In this document: piece after piece, positions 37,859 through 47,140 of the stretch | How positions within the stretch are numbered: position 1 is the first letter of the stretch | Layout: each line of letters opens with the position of its first letter | Source: an uncultured Prevotella sp. | Lineage (GTDB): Bacteria; Bacteroidota; Bacteroidia; Bacteroidales; Bacteroidaceae | Length of the DNA: 47,140 nucleotides | Assembly: GCA_905235975.1 (NCBI GenBank) | Contig: CAJONT010000086.1 | Location: forward strand, 1-47,140 | Direction of reading: 5' to 3' | Program-made: the position numbers and the translations under genes | Notes under the pieces: generated by a model | Database searches by the model: none | What the model was told of the DNA's origin: nothing | What the model saw: only the letters and a program-made list of their open reading frames with translations

Positions 37859-39324
37859 CTATCCCACTGTGCCTTCGAGCGACACGCTGAGCAACTTCTG
37901 GGCCTCCACGGCAAACTCCATGGGGAGCTTGTTTAGCACTTCCTTGGCATAGCCGTTCACGATGAGTCCTACGGCCTGCTCGGTGGGTATGCCTCGCTGG
38001 TTGCAGTAGAAGAGTTGGGTTTCGCTTATCTTCGACGTGGTAGCCTCGTGTTCCACGATGGCACTGGGATTCTGCACGTCCATGTAGGGGAAGGTGTGTG
38101 CGCCGCACTCGCTGCCCAGCAGCAGTGAGTCGCACGAGGAGTAGTTGCGCGCGTTGTCGGCGTGCGGAGCCACCCTCACCAGTCCGCGGTAGGAGTTCTG
38201 GCTGTGACCGGCTGAGATGCCCTTGGATATGATGGTCGACTTTGTGTCCCTGCCCAGGTGTATCATCTTGGTGCCGGTATCGGCCTCCTGATAGTTGTTG
38301 GTTACGGCCACGCTGTAGAATTCGGCTTGAGAGCGGTCGCCTCTGAGCACGCACGAGGGATATTTCCACGTGATGGCAGAGCCTGTTTCCACCTGTGTCC
38401 ACGACAGTTTGGAGTCTGCCCCTCTCAGTTCGCCCCGCTTGGTCACCAGGTTCAGCACGCCGCCCTTGCCGTTCTCGTCGCCGGGGTACCAGTTCTGCAC
38501 GGTGGAATATTTCACCTCGGCGCGGTCTTTCACGATGATTTCCACAATGGCGGCATGTAGTTGGTTCTCGTCGCGCATGGGAGCCGTGCAACCTTCGAGA
38601 TACGATACGTAGGCATCGTCTTCGGCCACGATGAGCGTGCGTTCAAACTGTCCCGTATTGCGGGCGTTGATGCGGAAATAGCTGCTCAGTTCCATGGGGC
38701 AGCGCACGCCTTTGGGTATGTAAACGAACGAGCCGTCGCTGAATACGGCGCTGTTAAGGGCAGCGAAGAAGTTGTCGCGATAGGGTACCACCGTGCCTAA
38801 ATACTGACGCACCAGGTCGCCGTGTGTCTTGACAGCTTCGCCGATGGAGCAGAAGATGATACCTTTCTCGGCCAGTTTCTCCTTGAAGGTGGTCTTCACC
38901 GACACAGAGTCCATGATGGCGTCTACAGCCGTGCCGCTCAGGGCGAGGCGTTCCTCCAAGGGAATGCCCAGTTTGTCGAAGGTCTTCTCCATCTCCGGGT
39001 CTATCTCTCTGTTCTTGGGCTTCTTTGCCGTGGGGTCGGCGTAGTAGGAGATGGCCTGGTAGTCGATGTCGGGCAGATGCAAATGTCCCCAATCAGGAGT
39101 CTGCATCTTCTGCCAGTGGGCGAATGCCTTCAGTCTGAAGTCGAGCAGCCACTGTGGTTCTCCCTTCTTGCGGGAGATGAGATGTATTACCTCCTCATTG
39201 AGGCCCTTCTCTATTATCTCGGTGTGCACGTCAGTGGTGAAACCGAACTCATATTTTTGTTCGGCCACCTTCCTGACATACTCGTTCGATAGTTCTTCGC
39301 TTTTCTTCTTTTCGTTGTCTTCCA

Positions 39325-39325
<1 letters not shown>
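37859..39325 (-). CDS. sufB: Fe-S cluster assembly protein SufB
   Basis: [38 protein letters not shown]. Confidence 0.97.
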
Positions 39326-42276
<2,951 letters not shown>

Positions 42277-42340
42277 GTATTTTCGTTGAAATTAATTTTT
42301 TGTTAAAAGGTCATGCAAGTTATTCCGTGTGCTTGGAAAA

Positions 42341-43600
42341 TTATTCAAACTCAGCTCTTAGTATTCTCAGCACATCGTCTACAGTGTCTTCCTCAAGGTC
42401 GGCCTTCTCCACCAGCAGGTCACGGTCGGCATTGAGTACGGCCTTTGCGGTGTCGAGTCCTATGCGCTTGATGGAATCGATAACCCACTGGTCGATTTCG
42501 TCGGAGAACTCGTCGAGGTAGATGTCTTCCTCGGCCTCGTCTTCGCCTATTTCGCGGAACACATCGATGGTGAAACCGGTGAGCATGGAGGCCAGTTTGA
42601 TGTTAAGACCGCCGCGACCTATGGCCAGCGACACTTCCTCGGGCTTGAGGTACACTTCGGCTTTGCGTTCCTCAAGGTTGACATTGATGCTCGATACGTG
42701 GGCGGGGCTGAGCGAACGCTGTATGTAGAGCTTTATGTTGGAGGTGTAGTTGATGACATCGATGTTCTCATTGCACAATTCTCTTACGATACCATGCACG
42801 CGGCTGCCTTTCACGCCTACGCAGGCACCCACGGGGTCGATGCGGTCGTCGTAGCTCTCCACAGCCACCTTGGCTCTCTCGCCCGGCATACGGGCAATAC
42901 CTTTGATGGAGATGAGTCCGTCGTTAATCTCAGGCACCTCGGCTTCAAGCAGGCGCTGAAGGAATATGGGGCTGGTGCGGGAGAGGATGATTTTGGGATT
43001 GCTGTTCTCATTGTCCACTTTCAGGATGACGGCACGGATTGTCTCACCCTTGCGGTACTGGTCGGCAGGAATCTGCTCCGATTTGGGCAGTATCAGTTCG
43101 TTGCCCTCGTCGTCTACCACAAGCACCTCGCGTTTCCACATCTGGTACACTTCGCCGCTCACTACCTGGCCTTCACGGTCTTTGTATTTGTTGTAGAGAG
43201 AGTCGTGCTCCAGTTCAAGGATTTTCGAGGCGAGCGTCTGCCTCAGGGTGAGGATGTTTCTGCGTCCGAATTTCTCAAAGTTCACCTCTTCACTCACCTC
43301 TTCGCCCACCTCATAGTCGTCTTCTATCTTCTTGGCGTCACTCAGGCTTATTTCTTTGTTCTCGTCGGTCACCTCGCCGTCGTTCACCACGATGCGGTTG
43401 CGGTAGATTTCAAGGTCGCCCTTGTCAGGGTTCACAATGATGTCGAAGTTCTCGTCGCTGCCGAAAATTTTGGCTATCACACTGCGGAAACTGTGTTCCA
43501 GCACGCTCATGAGCGTGGTGCGGTCAATGTTCTTTGTCTCCTTGAACTCTTTGAACGTCTCGATCATGTTCGGAATCAGATCGCTTTTCTTTGCTGCCAT
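42341..43600 (-). CDS. nusA: Transcription termination/antitermination factor NusA
   Basis: S1 and KH domains: EVPEI, ARMPGERAKVAV, DPVGACVG, SLAIGRGG.NIKLAS. Confidence 0.97.
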   Translation of the reverse strand: MAAKKSDLIPNMIETFKEFKETKNIDRTTLMSVLEHSFRSVIAKIFGSDENFDIIVNPDKGDLEIYRNRIVVNDGEVTDENKEISLSDAKKIEDDYEVGEEVSEEVNFEKFGRRNILTLRQTLASKILELEHDSLYNKYKDREGQVVSGEVYQMWKREVLVVDDEGNELILPKSEQIPADQYRKGETIRAVILKVDNENSNPKIILSRTSPIFLQRLLEAEVPEINDGLISIKGIARMPGERAKVAVESYDDRIDPVGACVGVKGSRVHGIVRELCNENIDVINYTSNIKLYIQRSLSPAHVSSINVNLEERKAEVYLKPEEVSLAIGRGGLNIKLASMLTGFTIDVFREIGEDEAEEDIYLDEFSDEIDQWVIDSIKRIGLDTAKAVLNADRDLLVEKADLEEDTVDDVLRILRAEFE

Positions 43601-43606
43601 AGCTTT

Positions 43607-44074
43607 TTACTTGAAACTTATTAAATATTTTGTGTATTTTACTTTGTCCATCTCAAAGGCCTTGTCCACGTCGGTCAGCACGGGGCGTTTCTTGCCCTCT
43701 GGGGTTTGTTTCTCCTTGGTGGTCACCACGAATCGGTTGCCGTCGACTTCTTTCAGTATGCCTCTTGTCTTGTGTCCTTCTGCGTCGAGCACCTCTACCT
43801 CTTTCCCCACGAAGTTTTTGTATTGCTGGGCCACCTTGAACGGTTGTCCCAGTCCGGCGCTGCCCACTTCAAGTTCGAAATCTTCCTTGTCGCGGTCCAG
43901 GTGGTCTTCAATGTATTTGCTCAGTTCCACGCAGTCGTCAATCCACACTCCGTCGGCGTGGTCTATTTCCACTACGATTCTGTTGTCGGGACTTATCTGT
44001 ATGTCCACGAGGAAATACTCAGTGCCTTCCAGCCACTCTTCTACCAAATTCTTAACGACGTTTCTGTCTATCAT
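43607..44074 (-). CDS. rimP: Ribosome maturation factor RimP
   Basis: IDDCVELSK, FELEVGSAGL, QYKNFVG; upstream of nusA-infB. Confidence 0.95.
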   Translation of the reverse strand: MIDRNVVKNLVEEWLEGTEYFLVDIQISPDNRIVVEIDHADGVWIDDCVELSKYIEDHLDRDKEDFELEVGSAGLGQPFKVAQQYKNFVGKEVEVLDAEGHKTRGILKEVDGNRFVVTTKEKQTPEGKKRPVLTDVDKAFEMDKVKYTKYLISFK

Positions 44075-44094
44075 TCTGTATGATTTGTGAAATT

Positions 44095-44152
44095 AAAAAT
44101 GAAAATGAGGGGCTCGTCAAAGCCCCTCATTCCACTGAACGCTGCAAAATTA
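44095..44152 (-). promoter_or_regulatory. rimP operon promoter and leader terminator-like hairpin
   Basis: Minus strand TAATTTTG (44152-44145), then 11-bp stem AATGAGGGGCT/AGCCCCTCATT (44104-44131) followed by TTCATTTTT. Confidence 0.7.
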
Positions 44153-44232
44153 AGCATTTTTTCTTATTCTGCCAAGATTTTGCCGTTTTTTCTGCATTTT
44201 TGCCGTTTTTTTTGCTTCCTGCTACTGTTGAA

Positions 44233-44343
44233 TCAGTATTTTACGGCCCAAAAGAAGAAGAGCACCACGATAAGCAGCACCAGGAAGGCAAGGAGCATGA
44301 CGCCCCTCATGAACCGTATGTTGTGGTCGGGACGTCTTCTCAT
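44233..44343 (-). CDS. Small single-TM protein, 36 aa (MRRRPDHNIRFMRGVMLLAFLVLLIVVLFFFWAVKY)
   Basis: Hand-translated; ATG overlaps the S41 peptidase stop (ATGA, 44343-44340); basic N-terminus plus about 20-aa hydrophobic helix. Confidence 0.6.
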   Translation of the reverse strand: MRRRPDHNIRFMRGVMLLAFLVLLIVVLFFFWAVKY

Positions 44344-46010
44344 TTCTCTTTCGGGCTAAGCAGTGAATGGTAGCGGTTCAGGTCGTTGAGCAGTCGTACG
44401 GCTTCGTCCATCTGCTTGTCGCTGCGCAGACTGTTCTCAATGGCACCTTTCTGATAGTAGTAGGCAGCCACGATGTCGTTTTCTATGATTTTCTTGAGCT
44501 GATCTTTGTTGAAGTCGAGGTCTTTTTCGAGATTGTGCTTCAGACGGCTCTCGAGTTGGCTGAATGCGTCTTTCGCCTCTTCGTAGTAGCCTTCAAACTG
44601 GGCAATCTTCACCAGTTGCTGCAGGTAGTGCTCGCTCTCGTTGTCGTAGCTGAAGCCGCTTTCCACTACTCTCCGTTTGAATTCTTCATAGTCTTGGTCG
44701 GTCAGTGTGAAGTGCCCCGGCTTGGCAATGTTGGGATGCCGTGCGATGTAGTCGATTTCATAGTTGAGCATCACTTCTGTGGAGTCAAGGCCCGAGGAGG
44801 TCAGATAGTAGGCAATGTTGGGCAGAGAGTCGGCTTCTATCACCACATCGGGTGTGATGCCGCCACCGTCGCGCACCTCCCTGCCTCCTGCCGTATAGAA
44901 CACTTTGGTCAGGGAGTCGGGCACGTGTTCGGTGTATCCGCCTTTCGAGTGCTTGTAGTTGATGGCTTGTATGCACCTGCCGCTCGGGATGTAGTATTTG
45001 TTGGTGGTGAGTTTCAGATTGGCGTTGTAGGGCAGGTCGACGCTCATCTGCACAAGTCCCTTGCCGTAGGTGCGGCTGCCCATTACCACGGCGCGGTCCA
45101 GATCTTGCAGGGAGCCGCTCGTAATCTCGCTCGCACTGGCAGTGCCGTCGTTCACGAGCACCACAACGGGCATCAAGGAGTCGAGGGGCTCCACTTTCGT
45201 CATGTAGTCGTGGTTGGCTCGCTGCAGTTTGCCCCTGTTCGACACGATGAGCTTGTTCTTGGGCACGAAGATGTTCACGATGTCAACGGCCTCCTGCTCA
45301 GAGCCGCCGCCGTTGTCGCGAAGGTCCAGTATCAGGCTCTTCATGCCTTGTTCCTTCATCTCGATGAAGGCTTTGCGCACTTCTTTGGCGCAGCCCTCGG
45401 TAAACTGGCTCAGGTTGATGTAGCCTATCCCGCCTTCGCGCAGTCCGTAGAACGGCACGCTGGGCATCTGTATCACGCGGCGTGTGATTTTTATCTGCAT
45501 CTTCTTGCCGGTGGAGGGGCGTTTTATCTTCAGCATGAAGCTGGTGCCGGGGTCACCGCGCAGGTGCTGGCTCACATAGCTCACGTTTTGGTCTTCCATC
45601 GACTCGTCGTCGATACTCAGTATGATATCGCCTTTCTTCAGTCCCGATTCGGCGGCAGGCATGCCTTCATAGGGCTCGTCTATCACCACTCGCTTCAGTT
45701 GCAGGTTGTATCTTATCAATGCTCCTATACCGGCGAACTTGCCCGTGTAGATTTCCTTCAGGTTCTTGGTCTTCTCCTCGGGATAGTACTCGGTATAGGG
45801 GTCCAGGCTTCTCAGCATGGCGTTGATGCCTGTTCCTATCACGTCGCCTGGGTCTATGCTGTCCACATACATCATGTCGAGCGACTTGTATATGGCGTTG
45901 AGTGTTTCCAGCTGTTTGGCCACTTCAAAATTGTGGCTGTCTCTTTCCTGAGCCGATGCTCCGGTCACGGCCAAAAGCATCAGAAGGGGCATTATTGTTT
46001 TCTTTATCAT
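44340..46010 (-). CDS. S41 family C-terminal processing peptidase (CtpA/Prc-like)
   Basis: Signal peptide; LDPYT, PDZ (GIG...PA..GL..GD), LDLRDNGGG, TASASEI (Ser), TYGKGLVQ (Lys), GGITPD. Confidence 0.95.
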   Translation of the reverse strand: MIKKTIMPLLMLLAVTGASAQERDSHNFEVAKQLETLNAIYKSLDMMYVDSIDPGDVIGTGINAMLRSLDPYTEYYPEEKTKNLKEIYTGKFAGIGALIRYNLQLKRVVIDEPYEGMPAAESGLKKGDIILSIDDESMEDQNVSYVSQHLRGDPGTSFMLKIKRPSTGKKMQIKITRRVIQMPSVPFYGLREGGIGYINLSQFTEGCAKEVRKAFIEMKEQGMKSLILDLRDNGGGSEQEAVDIVNIFVPKNKLIVSNRGKLQRANHDYMTKVEPLDSLMPVVVLVNDGTASASEITSGSLQDLDRAVVMGSRTYGKGLVQMSVDLPYNANLKLTTNKYYIPSGRCIQAINYKHSKGGYTEHVPDSLTKVFYTAGGREVRDGGGITPDVVIEADSLPNIAYYLTSSGLDSTEVMLNYEIDYIARHPNIAKPGHFTLTDQDYEEFKRRVVESGFSYDNESEHYLQQLVKIAQFEGYYEEAKDAFSQLESRLKHNLEKDLDFNKDQLKKIIENDIVAAYYYQKGAIENSLRSDKQMDEAVRLLNDLNRYHSLLSPKEK

Positions 46011-46034
46011 AATCGGTGGTATGATTTAATTTTG

Positions 46035-46042
46035 CAAAATTA
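46035..46042 (-). promoter_or_regulatory. -7 promoter element for S41 peptidase
   Basis: Minus strand TAATTTTG about 25 nt upstream of the ATG. Confidence 0.6.
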
Positions 46043-46123
46043 CATTTTTCACGCTTTATTTGGTGCTTTACAGCGGGAAATTTGATGTTTTTTATAAAAA
46101 ACGATAATTTTTCCCGAAAAAAG

Positions 46124-46155
46124 TTTGGTGGAATCAAATTTTCGCCTTACCTTTG
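46124..46155 (+). promoter_or_regulatory. tRNA promoter
   Basis: TTTG (46124-46127), 20-nt spacer, TACCTTTG (46148-46155). Confidence 0.75.
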
Positions 46156-46176
46156 CAACCGCAAATCAAGATTGCT

Positions 46177-46250
46177 GCTTCAGTAGCTCAGTTGGTCAGA
46201 GCACCTGACTGTTAATCAGGGGGTCGTTGGTTCAAGCCCATCCTGAAGCG
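46177..46250 (+). tRNA. tRNA-Asn (GTT)
   Basis: Acceptor GCTTCAG/CTGAAGC, D-arm GCTC..GAGC, anticodon arm CCTGA-CTGTTAA-TCAGG, T-loop TTCAAGC; no encoded CCA. Confidence 0.95.
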
Positions 46251-46260
46251 CTTGAAAATC

Positions 46261-46295
46261 AGAGAGTCACAGAGATGTGACTCTCTTTTATTTTT
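46261..46295 (+). terminator. Intrinsic terminator after tRNA-Asn
   Basis: 11-bp stem AGAGAGTCACA-GAGA-TGTGACTCTCT followed by TTTATTTTT. Confidence 0.85.
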
Positions 46296-46731
46296 GCCTT
46301 TACGATACAAATCTGATACAAAATCGCGTGATTGGATGACTTTTGAAACGTTGTGAAACCTCATTATATTCAAAGCGTTTTTGGTGGTTTTGTCATTCTG
46401 ACAACCTTATTCTGCATCTTTTTGGATGATACGACAATTAATATTAAAGGTATATTTCTCTGCCAAAAGTCCTCAATACACCATTATGGTTGTCATGGAG
46501 AAAGACGGATTGCCTGCCAGCGCAGGAGGTATGTGTGGACCACTCTTGAGCCAGATAGTTGACGGGCTATTGCTGCCGTAACACCTCTAAGCATTAAAAA
46601 TCGGAGTTCAGCGGTCGCTCGCAAATATAAGGCAGTCCGCTCACAGATGTAAGTCTGCTCGCCCCAATTAATAAGGGCGGTCGTATCTCGTTACATAGTA
46701 CCTTTTCCCCTGCTTGTGAGAACCCTGTATC

Positions 46732-47140
46732 CCTGAAATGCGTGAACTACATGAGGAAACAGCTCGACAGGATGGGATGTTATTATTGACTGCGTTTGAG
46801 TTCTGCAAGGCATCGGTGGGAGAATTTACATGACGGTAAGGTGACGGGGCATAAAACAGTACAGCCCGGATCTCCCCCAAAAAGGAAATCCGGGCCGTCG
46901 TGTATTGTGTCATGCCCCAACGGGGAGCATGGGCGTCTGTTCAAAAGCTGTTGTTTCCGCCGGAACCCCTTTTCGCTTCAAAGGGGGAAATCTGCGGGGC
47001 GTCTCCCATCCCGGGAGTCCATCCCCAAATAGCTTCATCTGTTCAATCTGACCTTGCTATACGGCGATCCGGCGGATCTCGTCGATAGCATTCTCCCCAT
47101 TCTCCAGGGCGGCGAGGATGTCGAACACCTTGTCGCTCCA
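46732..47140 (-). mobile_element. Right end of probable IS1380-family insertion sequence (continues beyond window)
   Basis: Terminal CCTGAAATGCGTGA (46732-46745) resembles IS1380-type ends (...GnATTTnAGG on the transposase strand); preceded on the minus strand by a truncated ORF end. Confidence 0.5.
47057..47140 (-). CDS. C-terminal fragment of a gene cut by the window edge, probable transposase (...WSDKVFDILAALENGENAIDEIRRIAV*)
   Basis: Hand-translated open frame to TAG at 47059-47057; W...F..L tail pattern compatible with IS1380 transposases; about 325 bp from the IR-like end. Confidence 0.5.
   Translation of the reverse strand, partial: WSDKVFDILAALENGENAIDEIRRIAV

Noticed and set aside
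37827-38591. 254-aa alternative-frame ORF inside sufB
   Set aside because: Arg/Gly/Pro-rich off-frame translation of GC-rich coding DNA
44302-44310. ATGAGGGGC in the small ORF identical to the 5' arm of the rimP leader hairpin
   Set aside because: Only 9 nt, about 180 nt away and upstream of the rimP promoter; the local hairpin would form first
44367-46085. 572-aa plus-strand ORF antisense to the S41 peptidase
   Set aside because: Same antisense shadow pattern; no start context or domain. The same applies to 6540-7511, 34651-35739 and 42698-43624
46226-46242. U-U mismatch in the tRNA-Asn T-stem (GTTGG/CCATC)
   Set aside because: A single mismatch is tolerated; promoter, terminator and other arms are intact, so not called a pseudo-tRNA
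46353-47088. Short ORFs 46353-46562, 46796-47032 and 46900-47088
   Set aside because: No motifs, non-ATG starts, and they lie in tRNA-flank or IS non-coding sequence

Overview
A Bacteroidales chromosomal segment, most likely Prevotella-like, judged from gene content, TAnnTTTG promoters and a T9SS cargo protein. Left part (1-13.4 kb): ribF with a CPBP protease, an ECF sigma/anti-sigma pair, argB, speA, aroK, topA, a NUDIX hydrolase, a sialate O-acetylesterase, an alpha/beta esterase, an AlbA_2/Schlafen-domain protein and LicD. Middle (13.5-33.8 kb, minus strand): a T9SS-secreted C10 cysteine protease and a UpxY-led Wzy-dependent capsule/EPS locus. That locus has wzy, wzx, wza, a degenerate wzc, a wcaJ-like gene, a WecB/TagA GT, five other GTs, two LbH acetyltransferases and a radical SAM gene, with an acyltransferase-3 gene just upstream. 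Right part: rnhB, sufBCDS, infB, nusA, rimP, an unannotated 36-aa membrane peptide coupled to an S41 protease, tRNA-Asn(GTT), and the right end of a probable IS1380-family element. No CRISPR array or prophage was seen. Best leads: an ECF module with an autoregulatory promoter and a candidate 3' sRNA antisense to MKK start codons; the S41-coupled small membrane protein; the pseudokinase Wzc and A10-tract radical SAM in the EPS locus; and a C10 protease lacking the oxyanion Gln. All calls come from motif recognition by eye; no database searches were run.
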